Shown here: positions 9,107 through 18,768 of the stretch, piece after piece | Layout of the letters: each line of letters begins with the position of its first letter | How positions within the stretch are numbered: position 1 is the first letter of the stretch | DNA from: Gemmatimonadota bacterium | GTDB taxonomy: Bacteria > Gemmatimonadota > Gemmatimonadetes > Palauibacterales > Palauibacteraceae | DNA: 64,000 nucleotides | NCBI GenBank assembly: GCA_039587755.1 | Contig: JBDHBD010000013.1 | Location: forward strand, 1,300-65,299 | Direction of reading: 5' to 3' | The notes under the pieces: generated by a model | Told to the model about the DNA's origin: nothing | The model's database searches: none | Seen by the model: only the letters and a program-made list of their open reading frames with translations | Translations under genes and position numbers: made by a program

Positions 9107-12100
9107 ATGCCGATTGCACGCGTTCCGCTCCGCCTCTTTTTGGCCGCCGTCATTCTGGCGGGTGCGGGCGGGAGCGTTACGGCGCGTGGAGCGTCTGTGC
9201 GAGGCCTCGAGCGGTCGCTGATCGCGGTAGCCGATACCGACACGGTGGCCGTGGATACGACGGCCGCGGACACGACTCCCACCGATGCGCGGACCGACAC
9301 GATCCCCCGGCCGGACACGTTGCGCCGCGATACGCTCGATCGGACCGGCGTTCCGAGTGACACCACTCCAACCGACACGCTCGCCACCGACCTCGAGACA
9401 AGGCGGGCGGCACTTGGCGGCGGTGATTTTCCGGAGCCAGACGACTATTTCCAGGAACTCTCGGCCCTCGAGGGTTACCGAGTGGTCGAGTATCGGGCTC
9501 GACGCGTCGACCTGGACGTGGAGCGGGAGACGGTTCGGCTGGAAGGAGAGGCACAGGCGAACTACACCGCGTCAGTCCTCGAAGCGGATTCTATCACCTA
9601 TCGGGCTGGGGTGCAGTTCATCTCTGCACGCGGCAACATCAAGCTTGCCAGCCAGGGGATGAAGGAGGTCACGAGCGACTCGATCCTCTATTACGACGTG
9701 TCGCAGTTTAAGGGGACCATTCTGGACGCACGCACGGCGTTCGCCGAGCGTGGTGCAGAGTGGTACGTGCGGGGAACCGCTACTCCGAGGGGCGAGACGA
9801 CCGTATTCGTCGAGGCAGGTTCCTTCACCTCCTGCGAGTACGACGAGCCGCACTACTTCTTCAAGGCCGGGCAGATCAAGGTGGTGTCCGAGAACGTGAT
9901 CGTCGCGTGGCCGGTCACGCTCTATATTCAGAACGTGCCCGTGATCTGGCTCCCGTTCTTCGCGCAGGACATCCGTCCCGGCCGGCGCAGCGGGTTCCTG
10001 CCGCCCCGTTTCGGTTTCAACGATATCCTGGGTGGTTCGGACTTCAATCGGCAGATTTCGGACTTCGGATACTACTTCGCGCTCAACCCCTTTATGGACG
10101 CGCAGGTCACGGTGGACTGGTTCAGCGGTAACTTCACCCGGCTGAACGGCGCGTTCCGCTACAAAGTGTTGAAGAGGTTCTTCCAGGGAAATGTGCTGGG
10201 GAGCTACAGCTTCGGGGACAACGGGAACAGCCTCGAATTCCGCGCCAGCCATGACCAGGAGATCGGGCCGTCCACGGATTTCCGTGTGAAGGCCGCGTTC
10301 GTGCAGGACACGCGACTGTTCCAGGATCAAAGCTTCGACCCGAGGCAGCAGACGCAGACGATCGACTCCGACCTGGGATTCAATCACCGGTTCCCGTTCG
10401 CCAGCGTGTCGCTCAGTGCCAGACGGCGCCAGTTCCTGGGCGATCAGACCGGGCGTGTCGATCTTACGCTGCCCCAGCTGCGCCTCAACTTCTCACCGGT
10501 CACGCTGTTTCGGGCGCCGGCGGCCCGCGCCGGACCGTTCAACAACCTGACCCTGAGCGGCTCGGCCGACTTCTCCCGACAGTCGCTGAGCAGGGAAGCG
10601 GCCGACGATCAGACTACCACGCGTGGGGGTGCCGCGACCAGTCTCCGGCTGGGCTCTCTGACCCTGTCGGGGAACGGCAATGTCGACGATCGTGGCACGA
10701 CGCCGGTGGATTCACTCGGCATGGATCTGCCTTCGACGGGTCAAACGACGGTGACCTACGGAGGGGCTGCCTCCTACCAGCTCGACCTCATGGGCAGCAC
10801 GACGCTTCGCCCCAACGTGAGCGTCAACGCGGCCGCGTTCCGCTCGACAGATACTGACGGTTTCGTGAGCGCGCCCAGTCGACTGAGCGTGGGCGCGTCG
10901 CTTTCCACCGATGTCTTCGCCTTTCTTCCCTCTTTCGGGCCGTTCACACGCATCCGGCACAAGGTCTCGCCTCGCTTCTCGTGGACGTATTCCCCGGAAG
11001 TCTCGGTCGCCGACTCGTTGCTGGAGATTCCCGGCTTTCCCGGCACCGCGGCCAATGAGCGTCATACGCTGAGCATCTCGATCAACCAGACGTTCGAGGC
11101 AAAAGTGCGCCGGTCGGAGCCGGAGCCGGAGGAAGAGGCCGACGACGCGGTTGTCGCGACCCAGCCTCGCGAGGGGGGCGAAACAGGCGACGAAGGACCG
11201 GGCGAGGAGCCGACTGCCGAAGATGAGACGGGTGCGGGAACGGAGGCGGAGGAACCAGCTCCCGAAGAAGACCGTGGTGTCGAGCAAGAGCAGGAGGGTG
11301 CAGAGGCTGCGGCGCAGGACACGACACTCGTCGAACCGGGGCAGGAGGACGTTGACACGGTGACTGTGGGCCGCGGACGGTTCCTGGATCAACCGTTTAA
11401 GCCCCGGCCGCGAAGCGACGAACGCAACGTGGTCCTGCTGTCGATCAACAGCTCCTCGTTGGACTTCGACTTTACGAAGAAGGACGAACCGCTCCTGGTG
11501 ACCGATCGGTGGCGCCACGGAATCAGCTCCGATCTGCTACGAGGTCTCTCGTTGAACCTGACGCTCGACCTTTTCGAAGGCACCGGCGAGGACCGCAAGT
11601 TCAATCTGTTCCTTCAAGAGCTCACGGGCAGTTTCAGCTTCAGCTCGCAGCGCGGTCTGGCCGGCATGTTCGGGCTCGGCGATGGAAGCTCGCGCAGGAC
11701 GAGGGATCCCGGCCAGCGGATCCACGAGGATGTCGACTCGCGCTACCGCCTGAGCGGTTTCGAGGACCGCGCGTTGGATCCGCTGGAGGACGTCGGCGGC
11801 GCCGGCCCCTGGACTCTCTCTCTCGTGTACTCGCTACGTCGCGTGCGTGCGGACGAGTCAGGTGATGATCGACAGTCGCTCGGTGCCCGGCTCGCCCTTC
11901 GTCCCACGCCGAACTGGAGGCTACAGTGGCGCACGCTGTACGACCTCTCGGAAGGCGAGTTCGGCGAGCACCTGGTGACCCTGGATCGAGACCTCCACCG
12001 CTGGCAAGCTTCTTTTGTCTTCTCCCGTGCGCCCAACGGGAACTTCCTGTTTTCCGTCCGCGTGAACCTGCGTGACGCCCCCGACCTCAAGCTCGACTAC

Positions 12101-12124
12101 GACGAACAGATTCTGAATCGGTAG
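9107..12124 (+). CDS. lptD: LPS-assembly outer-membrane protein LptD (OstA) homologue with a large acidic insertion
   Basis: N-terminal OstA-like domain (ADSITYRAGVQFISARGNIKLASQGMKEVTSDSILYYD…). Central/C-terminal LptD-like barrel region (WLPFFAQDIRPGRRSGFLPPRFGFN…DFGYYFALNPFMDAQVTVDWFS). An insert of about 80 aa, EPEPEEEADD…EQEQEGAEAAAQD, at nt ~11100-11340. Confidence 0.5.
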   Translation: MPIARVPLRLFLAAVILAGAGGSVTARGASVRGLERSLIAVADTDTVAVDTTAADTTPTDARTDTIPRPDTLRRDTLDRTGVPSDTTPTDTLATDLETRRAALGGGDFPEPDDYFQELSALEGYRVVEYRARRVDLDVERETVRLEGEAQANYTASVLEADSITYRAGVQFISARGNIKLASQGMKEVTSDSILYYDVSQFKGTILDARTAFAERGAEWYVRGTATPRGETTVFVEAGSFTSCEYDEPHYFFKAGQIKVVSENVIVAWPVTLYIQNVPVIWLPFFAQDIRPGRRSGFLPPRFGFNDILGGSDFNRQISDFGYYFALNPFMDAQVTVDWFSGNFTRLNGAFRYKVLKRFFQGNVLGSYSFGDNGNSLEFRASHDQEIGPSTDFRVKAAFVQDTRLFQDQSFDPRQQTQTIDSDLGFNHRFPFASVSLSARRRQFLGDQTGRVDLTLPQLRLNFSPVTLFRAPAARAGPFNNLTLSGSADFSRQSLSREAADDQTTTRGGAATSLRLGSLTLSGNGNVDDRGTTPVDSLGMDLPSTGQTTVTYGGAASYQLDLMGSTTLRPNVSVNAAAFRSTDTDGFVSAPSRLSVGASLSTDVFAFLPSFGPFTRIRHKVSPRFSWTYSPEVSVADSLLEIPGFPGTAANERHTLSISINQTFEAKVRRSEPEPEEEADDAVVATQPREGGETGDEGPGEEPTAEDETGAGTEAEEPAPEEDRGVEQEQEGAEAAAQDTTLVEPGQEDVDTVTVGRGRFLDQPFKPRPRSDERNVVLLSINSSSLDFDFTKKDEPLLVTDRWRHGISSDLLRGLSLNLTLDLFEGTGEDRKFNLFLQELTGSFSFSSQRGLAGMFGLGDGSSRRTRDPGQRIHEDVDSRYRLSGFEDRALDPLEDVGGAGPWTLSLVYSLRRVRADESGDDRQSLGARLALRPTPNWRLQWRTLYDLSEGEFGEHLVTLDRDLHRWQASFVFSRAPNGNFLFSVRVNLRDAPDLKLDYDEQILNR

Positions 12125-12215
12125 GACGCGGCGTCTGGCCGATTCCTTGCGCCTAACCCGGGTGCGCCAGTGCGCTGGAAGCCGAAGAATACCAGCCTCT
12201 TAGAGCCGGTTAGAG

Positions 12216-13241
12216 ATGACGAGCTTCAGGGATCTGGTGGCCGAGGGGCGCCGTCTCGAGCAAGCCGGCGACCTCACGGGTGCCATTGCCCAGTACTCGA
12301 AAGTGATTGCCCTGCAACAGGGTACGGTAGCTGGTGTCGATCCGAGTCTGTACAACCGGGTCGGCGATCTGTACCAGCGGACGGGCGATCTCTCACGGGC
12401 GGTCGCGGCTTACGAAGCGGCCGTCGACCTGTACGAGCGCCAGGAGCTCTATCCGAACGCGGTTGCACTGTGCAAGAAGATCTTGCGCAACGCGCCCGAG
12501 CAGCTGCACGTGTGCCATCGATCCGGTCGTCTCCTGGCTCGATCTGGTCTCCCGGTGGAGGCTCGGCAGCAGTTCGCCGAGTACGCGACTGCGTTGGAGC
12601 GTGAGGGCCGCGTCGAAGAGTCAATCGAGGCGCTCGAAGAGCTTCAAGAGCTGATTCCGGATGACGAAACACGCGACTTCCTCGTCGATGCTTACCTGCA
12701 GTCAGGTCATCGTGAGAAAGCCGTCGACCAGCTCCTGGACCTGTGGCGCGAGCGAGCGGAAGGCTCGGCGGACGCGTCCTCGGTCCGCGACCGGATCATC
12801 GCGATCGATCCCGGCTCCGATCCCCTGGGGGTCGAAACGGCTCGCAGCGTCAAAGCACCGGTCGGGGCGAGCCAGCAGAGCGCGGCAAACACGGTCGAAG
12901 AGGTGGACGACGAGCTGAGCGAGGAGGAAGCTCTGGTCAGCGAGCTCCGCGATGTCCTGCGCCGGCTCGAAGGAGAGGGAAAGCTCCGACAGGCGATTCC
13001 GATCGTCGACCAGCTACTGGAGCTCCAGCCGGACAAGCTCGATCTGCTGCTTCGCAAGCTGCGCTACGCGCTGTCCCTGCGTGATGATCAGACTGCGATC
13101 GAGGCTTACCTCGCGCTCGGTCTGGCGCTGGAGCGCAACCTGGACTCGTTTTCGATCCGCTTTCTGTCGTCCTCGTCATCCGACGGAGTGACGGCGGCAG
13201 TGGCCGTCCGGGCCGCTCGCGGCCAGGGAGCAGCGGAATGA
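12216..13241 (+). CDS. TPR-like repeat protein, paralogue 1 (N-terminal domain similar to the following gene)
   Basis: SLYNRVGDLYQRTGDLSRAVAAYEAAVDLYERQELYPNAVALCKKILR… aligns with SLYNRIGDIHLQLGKREKAVSFYELAIRHYTDQDLHTSAIALCNKVLR… of the next ORF. Acidic C-terminus. Stop overlaps the next start (ATGA). Confidence 0.6.
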   Translation: MTSFRDLVAEGRRLEQAGDLTGAIAQYSKVIALQQGTVAGVDPSLYNRVGDLYQRTGDLSRAVAAYEAAVDLYERQELYPNAVALCKKILRNAPEQLHVCHRSGRLLARSGLPVEARQQFAEYATALEREGRVEESIEALEELQELIPDDETRDFLVDAYLQSGHREKAVDQLLDLWRERAEGSADASSVRDRIIAIDPGSDPLGVETARSVKAPVGASQQSAANTVEEVDDELSEEEALVSELRDVLRRLEGEGKLRQAIPIVDQLLELQPDKLDLLLRKLRYALSLRDDQTAIEAYLALGLALERNLDSFSIRFLSSSSSDGVTAAVAVRAARGQGAAE

Positions 13242-16200
13242 CGCCGCGAGGGTCGTCGGGACGTCGGGCGTCTGTGGATCCGGTCACCCGCCTGAAGAAT
13301 CGGGCTCGGCGGGAGGAACACCGTGAGAACTGGACGCAGGCCCTGCAACTGTACACCGAGGCGATCGCCGTCAACGAGCGGCAGGACTCTTCGCCGGTCG
13401 ATGTGAGTCTCTACAACCGTATCGGGGACATCCACCTGCAGCTCGGAAAGCGTGAGAAGGCGGTCTCCTTCTACGAGCTGGCGATCAGGCATTACACCGA
13501 TCAGGACCTTCACACCAGCGCGATCGCTCTGTGCAACAAGGTGCTCCGCATCCTCCCGAGTCGGGTGGGAATCCATCTGCACCTCGGACGCCTGCATACC
13601 GCGACGGGGCTGGATGCCGATGCCCGGCTGCATTATCAGCGCTTCCTTGTCCAGATGAGGAAGCTGGGGCACGAGTCCGAGGCGATCGAGGCGCTCGAGG
13701 AGTCCGTAAGCGCATCGAGCGACGCGCCGGCGCTGGCGGCCTTACTCGAATGGATCGTCGAGACTGGAGGGGAAGCGGCGGAGTGCCGTCTGAAGTCGCT
13801 GCGGGCATGCGTAGAGCTTAGCCAGGCCAACACGCAGGCCGTGGACGCGGCGCTCGCCGGGCTGGCCGGCTCAGTGTCAGCCGCGCCAGACGTGGAACCC
13901 GACTCGATCGACGATATCGCGGCGGAGCTAATTGACGCTCCGACCGAGACGGTGGAGGTCGACCTGCTGAACGATCTGGCAGCCGAGCTCGATGACGAGC
14001 CGCCAGCTTCGGAAGACGAGTTGCCAGCGCAAGACGAGCTGCCAGCCCCGACGGATGAGCGGCCAGCTGCGGCGGACGAGCCGGTTCCAGCAGATCTCGC
14101 TGACGAGCTCGCTGATGACCGTGCCGACGACCGCGCCGGCGTGTCCGCCACGTTCGAGGCCGTGAGCGATCCGATCCTGCCGGCTGATATCGAACACGAC
14201 ACAGCGGCACAGAAGACGGAGCCGCCCCCCAAGCGGCATCGCATGCCTCTGCCGCCGCCGTTCACGGTCCAGAGTGATACGGAACCGCCGCTTTTCGGCG
14301 CGATAGGGGGAGAAGAGCCGTTGCGGCAGCCGGAGGCCGAGACGCTCGAGCCACCGACCTGGCGGCAGCTCGCGCGGGCGATCGTACTCCCGCCCTCTCC
14401 TCCCGAAAGGGCGGAAGAGCGGGCTGCGCCTATCGACTCCGAGCGCGTGGTCGATCGCCTTCCGCGCTTCGTGCCGGACGCGGTCGAGTCCGGGGAATGG
14501 TCACCAGGCCCAGAGGTCCCAACGATTCTGACCGGCGGGTCGACCGTTGCCCTTGAGGGGGTTGTTTCGGAGCTGGAGGCTGCGCCCGCACCACCTCGGC
14601 CGCATGCGGCCGAGGGACGGGAGTCTGACTCAGGGCCTGCTGCGACGTCATCGCTCGGTCCAGGTCTGCCGCTCCCGCCTGACGTCGCCGAACCGGGCTC
14701 CTGGGTTCTCGAGGCCTCCGCAACGCTCGAACTTCGCGGCTTCGCGAGCGAGGTGCGTGAGCCCATATCGACTCTTGATCAACTCGTTCTTCAGCGGCCA
14801 ACCGACGTGTTCACGTCGGAGCGGGTCACGGAGCCGGACGGACCGGCGCCGTCTGACCTGCCTTTCGAGCTGCACGTCGAGCGCGAAGAGCAGCCGACCA
14901 ATGGCGGCCCCAGCCTGGCGGAGCTGCTTTCGGCGGTGCGTCATGGCGCCGGCGTCGTCGAGGTTCCGCCAGATGAATCGCCCTTCCTAGCTACGACCGT
15001 GCCCCTCCCCGTAGAGCCGATTCCGCCTGCGCTGGAGCGATCGGAGAAGCCGCTCCGACCCAACGGGATTTCTGTGGAGATCCTGGGACCGGAGGCATCG
15101 GGTCGGTTTGGGGCAGAGGCGGGCCGCGCTATCGAAGTCGAGCCAAGCGAGCGCGATTCCGACCTGGACACGCTCACCGCCCTCGTCGCGGCTCCTCCGG
15201 CGTCAGTCGACGGGCGCGAGACGCCGACCCGCGAGTCGGGGGGCACAAGACAAGATGACCTCGCCGGGTCGAGAGAAATCTGCGAGACGGCCACCCGCCC
15301 GCCACAGCAGATTCGACAAAGCGGTCAACCCGTGGAGGCGGTCGAGCGTTATGTCGATCCGTTCGAAGAGCAGCTCGAGGTCGGCATCCGACTCAGGGAG
15401 CAGGGTGAGCTGGAACAGGCCATGGAGGCGTTCGGGCTTGCCCTCGCGAGCCCGGAAGCGTTGGCGCAGGCCTGGGGCCTCTTCCTGGAGTGCCGTGCCG
15501 AGCTCGAGAAAGCTGCCGAGCTCGAGCCGGAAACGCCTGCGGTCGAGATCGAGCCGGAAACGCCTGCGGTCGAGCCTGAGCCGGAAACGCCTGTGGTCGA
15601 GCCCGAGCCGGAGCCAGAAGCCGAGCTCGAGAAGGCTGCCGAGCTCGATGCGATCGCGCCTGAGACCGAAGCGATCGAGCCGACCGTTGAGCTCGAGCCC
15701 GAGCTCGAACTGGAGCCGGAAGAGAGTCCCGCCGGGCCCGCGCCGGAGGAGCTTGTCGCCGAACCCGCGCCCGAGTTCGAATCGATCGAGGGGCTTGTCG
15801 AGCCAGCACCTCCGCTCGAGCCAGAAGCGAGCGAGGCAGCCGCAGAGCTAGAAGAGAGCGAGGCCGCTGTCGAGGAAGAGTCCGAGCTCGAGATGGGAAC
15901 GATCGAGGTCCCTGTCGGGGAAGAGTTCGAGCCAGAAACGATCGCACCGGCACTTGAGCTCGAGCTTGGGCCTGAGCCGCAACCTGAGCCCGAACTCGTC
16001 GCCGAGCCGGAGTTCGAGCCGGAGGCCGAGTCCGCTCCCCAGCCGATCGTCGCAGAGCCGGAGCTCGAGCCGGAGCGGGACCGCCCGGTCCGTGCATCGA
16101 TAGAGCACGCAGAGGATTCCTTTCTCAAGTTCGTGCGGACGGCGCCACCCAGCGTGCTGCCAGCGGCTTTTGATGAGCTCGACCGTCGAGGCGAGCATGC

Positions 16201-17068
16201 CAAGGCGCTTCTCATCCTCGATCGGCAGCTGGAGATGCGGAAGGACGATCTGGCGCTTCTGAAACGGCGTGCGCAGATCGCCGGCCTGCTGGGCCGAAAG
16301 ACCGAGGCAGTAGACGGCTACCTGGCTCTCGCGGCGTGCGCCGAGACCGCGGAGGACAGCGAGGCGGCTCGTTGGGCATACGAGCAGGTGCTGCACCTGG
16401 AGCCCGACAACGGTCCGGCGCTTGCAGCGATAAACGAAGTCGACTCGAGCGAAACCGCTGCCATATCGGCAGAGGTTCAGAAGGAACCTATGATTGACTC
16501 GAGGTTGGGCTCATCGATCAGTGCTAGTGTCGGGGCAACTCGCCCGCAGCCCCCGCCGCAGCACACGGTCACCGCACCGATGGGAGTGGGGCCGGAAGTC
16601 CGCCCCTACGATGGAGTTGCGGGTGGCAACGAGGCGACGCTCGATTTCGAGAAACTGGTCTCAGAGTTCCGGGCCGAACTGGCCGAGACTATGGTCGAGG
16701 CCGACATTCGGTCCCGCACGGAATTGGGCGCGAACCTCAAGTCGATGGGTCTCCTGGATGACGCGATCCGCGAACTGCAGGCCGCAATCCGCGAGCCCGA
16801 AGCGCCGGCGACTGCATACGAACTCCTCGGTGAAGCCTTCATCGAGAAGGGCCAGGCACGCGTCGCGACACGGATTCTGTCACGTGCGTTGAAGGAAGCC
16901 GACCGCAGCGATCGGGAGATGCTGGGCGTGCTGTACCAGTTGGGGGTCGCTTACGAGACGGTGAACGAGTTCAAGCTCGCCCTCGACTGTTACGAGCGCG
17001 TGTTCAGCGTCGACATCGATTACCGGGACGTGAAGGACCGAATCTCCACCTGCGCCAGGCTGGCCTGA
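13238..17068 (+). CDS. Giant TPR-like protein, paralogue 2: N-terminal TPR-like domain, ~800-aa acidic/Pro-rich repeat region, C-terminal TPR domain
   Basis: N-terminus is paralogous to the 12216 gene. Central low-complexity E/P/A/L-rich region with tandem EPETPAVE and ELEPELELEPE repeats. C-terminal TPRs (…TAYELLGEAFIEKGQARVATRILSRALKEAD…GVLYQLGVAYETVNEFKLALDCYERVF). Confidence 0.6.
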   Translation: MTPRGSSGRRASVDPVTRLKNRARREEHRENWTQALQLYTEAIAVNERQDSSPVDVSLYNRIGDIHLQLGKREKAVSFYELAIRHYTDQDLHTSAIALCNKVLRILPSRVGIHLHLGRLHTATGLDADARLHYQRFLVQMRKLGHESEAIEALEESVSASSDAPALAALLEWIVETGGEAAECRLKSLRACVELSQANTQAVDAALAGLAGSVSAAPDVEPDSIDDIAAELIDAPTETVEVDLLNDLAAELDDEPPASEDELPAQDELPAPTDERPAAADEPVPADLADELADDRADDRAGVSATFEAVSDPILPADIEHDTAAQKTEPPPKRHRMPLPPPFTVQSDTEPPLFGAIGGEEPLRQPEAETLEPPTWRQLARAIVLPPSPPERAEERAAPIDSERVVDRLPRFVPDAVESGEWSPGPEVPTILTGGSTVALEGVVSELEAAPAPPRPHAAEGRESDSGPAATSSLGPGLPLPPDVAEPGSWVLEASATLELRGFASEVREPISTLDQLVLQRPTDVFTSERVTEPDGPAPSDLPFELHVEREEQPTNGGPSLAELLSAVRHGAGVVEVPPDESPFLATTVPLPVEPIPPALERSEKPLRPNGISVEILGPEASGRFGAEAGRAIEVEPSERDSDLDTLTALVAAPPASVDGRETPTRESGGTRQDDLAGSREICETATRPPQQIRQSGQPVEAVERYVDPFEEQLEVGIRLREQGELEQAMEAFGLALASPEALAQAWGLFLECRAELEKAAELEPETPAVEIEPETPAVEPEPETPVVEPEPEPEAELEKAAELDAIAPETEAIEPTVELEPELELEPEESPAGPAPEELVAEPAPEFESIEGLVEPAPPLEPEASEAAAELEESEAAVEEESELEMGTIEVPVGEEFEPETIAPALELELGPEPQPEPELVAEPEFEPEAESAPQPIVAEPELEPERDRPVRASIEHAEDSFLKFVRTAPPSVLPAAFDELDRRGEHAKALLILDRQLEMRKDDLALLKRRAQIAGLLGRKTEAVDGYLALAACAETAEDSEAARWAYEQVLHLEPDNGPALAAINEVDSSETAAISAEVQKEPMIDSRLGSSISASVGATRPQPPPQHTVTAPMGVGPEVRPYDGVAGGNEATLDFEKLVSEFRAELAETMVEADIRSRTELGANLKSMGLLDDAIRELQAAIREPEAPATAYELLGEAFIEKGQARVATRILSRALKEADRSDREMLGVLYQLGVAYETVNEFKLALDCYERVFSVDIDYRDVKDRISTCARLA
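15524..15604 (+). repeat. Three perfect or near-perfect tandem copies of a 27-bp coding repeat (gagccggaaacgcctg[c/t]ggtcgag…), flanked by a 26-bp direct repeat gagctcgagaa(a/g)gctgccgagctcga
   Basis: Read directly from the sequence. Units at 15524-15550, 15551-15577 and 15578-15604 encode EPETPAVEI / EPETPAVEP / EPETPVVEP. The flanking copies are at ~15501-15526 and ~15624-15649. Confidence 0.75.
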
Positions 17069-17210
17069 GACCAACCCGCTGAGCTGGCGCCCGCAACGCG
17101 CCACCTGCCTTCGACTCGCCTTCGCCACCTCCGTCTCCTACATTTTCGCGCCGTTCCACGCTGAGCGGCCCCGCTGCCGACAGCCGACGACCGACGACCC
17201 GGCTCGAGAG

Positions 17211-18197
17211 ATGCTTGAGACCACATCATCCGCACTATCGGCTATCAGGGCGCCCATACAGACTCGCCTGGAGCAGGTCGTAACAGAGCTGACCGGCCTG
17301 ATTCCTGCCGACTTCGACGCGATCGAAGAGGTGAACGAGTACCTGTTCTCTGGACACGGGAAGCTCTTTCGGCCCACGCTCCTGCTGCTGGCCAACGAAC
17401 TTGGCGGCCGTGCTTCGGCCGACGGTGTCAAGCTGGGAGCGATCGTCGAGTTGCTCCACGTCGCCACGCTCGTCCACGACGATTCGGTGGATCATTCGGT
17501 GGAGCGGCGAGGAATGCCCACCGTAAACGCCCGCTGGACGCACCAGGTGGCGGTGATCATGGGCGACTACCTCTATTCACGGGCCGTGATCGAGATCACC
17601 GCGCTCGGAAACCTCGAAGCGATCGCCATGCTGGCAGATACCGCGAATCGTATGACGATTGGTGAGATGCGGCAGCTAGTATCGCATGACGCCCTGGGAT
17701 TCTCGCAGGAGGACTATCGGCTTCTGTGCGAGTGCAAGACGGCCTCGCTAATGTCTACGGCCTGCGAGCTGGGGGCGCTGTCGGGCGACCCGCGATTCCG
17801 CGCCGCAATGAATGCGTACGGGTACCACCTCGGCATGGCCTTTCAGATTGCTGATGACCTGCTAGACTATACCTCGTCTGCCTCGGTCACCGGGAAGCCG
17901 AGCGGTCTGGATCTGCGAGAGCACAAGGTAACGCTCCCACTCATCACTGCGTTGCCTCGGATGGAGGCAACAGAACGGGCTCTGGTCGAGGAGCTGTTCG
18001 CGGATCCCGAGCCGACAGGCGATCTTGTCGAGGCGGTGATCGAAGCGGTCGAGGCCTTCGAGGGACTCACCGTGGCCCGAGACGAAGCCGAACGCATGGC
18101 CGGGCGAGCGAGCGAGCAGCTCGACGGACTCCCGGAGGGGGAGGTGCGCGAAGCCCTGCGTGTGGCAGTGGACTACGTGGTCAACAGGAAGCGATAG
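17211..18197 (+). CDS. ispB: Polyprenyl diphosphate synthase (octaprenyl/heptaprenyl-diphosphate synthase, IspB-like)
   Basis: First and second Asp-rich motifs LVHDDSVD and FQIADDLLD. Trans-isoprenyl diphosphate synthase fold, length 328 aa. Confidence 0.85.
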   Translation: MLETTSSALSAIRAPIQTRLEQVVTELTGLIPADFDAIEEVNEYLFSGHGKLFRPTLLLLANELGGRASADGVKLGAIVELLHVATLVHDDSVDHSVERRGMPTVNARWTHQVAVIMGDYLYSRAVIEITALGNLEAIAMLADTANRMTIGEMRQLVSHDALGFSQEDYRLLCECKTASLMSTACELGALSGDPRFRAAMNAYGYHLGMAFQIADDLLDYTSSASVTGKPSGLDLREHKVTLPLITALPRMEATERALVEELFADPEPTGDLVEAVIEAVEAFEGLTVARDEAERMAGRASEQLDGLPEGEVREALRVAVDYVVNRKR

Positions 18198-18481
18198 TGT
18201 CGGACCTAGGACTCAGACGAGAAAGATCGACTCGCCGAACCATTGCCATCATCGCGGGCGGGTTCGTACTGGGGGCGCTGGTAACGGAGCTTGTAGCCCG
18301 CGTGCTGCCCCCGAGTGCCGCGAGGCAGTTCTTCATCACGACGGTGGCGGCCTCGCTCGGTCCCCTCACTGTCGACCTGCAGGTGATCGCCGTGACGCTC
18401 GGCCCGCTGATCCTGCGGGTGAATATCTTGAGCGTGGTCGGTGTCCTTCTGGTCGCCTGGTTCGCGCGCTCGCTGCTCTAA
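18197..18481 (+). CDS. Small hypothetical membrane protein (two predicted TM helices)
   Basis: 94 aa. Hydrophobic segments IAIIAGGFVLGALVTELVARVL and ILSVVGVLLVAWFARSLL. Start overlaps the ispB stop. No recognisable motif. Confidence 0.35.
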   Translation: MSDLGLRRERSTRRTIAIIAGGFVLGALVTELVARVLPPSAARQFFITTVAASLGPLTVDLQVIAVTLGPLILRVNILSVVGVLLVAWFARSLL

Positions 18482-18537
18482 CGCGACAGCGGCGGCGCAG
18501 GCGGTCGGCGCGCAACGGGCGTCAATCGGAGGAGAGC

Positions 18538-18768
18538 ATGTTTGGATTGGGGATTTGGGAACTGCTGGCCATCTTCATGGTCGTATTGCTTCTCTTCGGA
18601 GCGAAGCGCCTTCCGGAGATCGGCGGATCCCTGGGGAAAGGCATCCGGGAGTTCAAGGACTCACTCCGCGAGGTGGAGGGAGAGGTAAAGAGAGAGATCG
18701 GCGGCCCCCCCGACGACGAGTCGGATTCGTCTTCGACCTCCGGTTCGACCGGGCCACCCCCCACCTGA
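18538..18768 (+). CDS. tatA: Twin-arginine translocase subunit TatA/E
   Basis: MFGLGIWELLAIFMVVLLLFGAKRLPEIGGSLGKGIREFK is the canonical TatA TM plus amphipathic helix. RBS ggagag upstream. Acidic Ser-rich tail. Confidence 0.85.
   Translation: MFGLGIWELLAIFMVVLLLFGAKRLPEIGGSLGKGIREFKDSLREVEGEVKREIGGPPDDESDSSSTSGSTGPPPT

Noticed and set aside
15400-16100. Possible CRISPR-like or mobile repeat array suggested by dense direct repeats
   Set aside because: The repeats are in frame and encode the acidic EPETPAVE/ELEPE protein repeats. There are no spacers of unique sequence, no leader and no cas genes, so this is a coding tandem repeat and not CRISPR.
17086-17102. Hairpin ggcgc-ccgcaac-gcgcc after the giant TPR gene
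   Set aside because: A short 5-bp stem without a U-tract. It is a plausible terminator in a high-GC organism but not supportable on its own.
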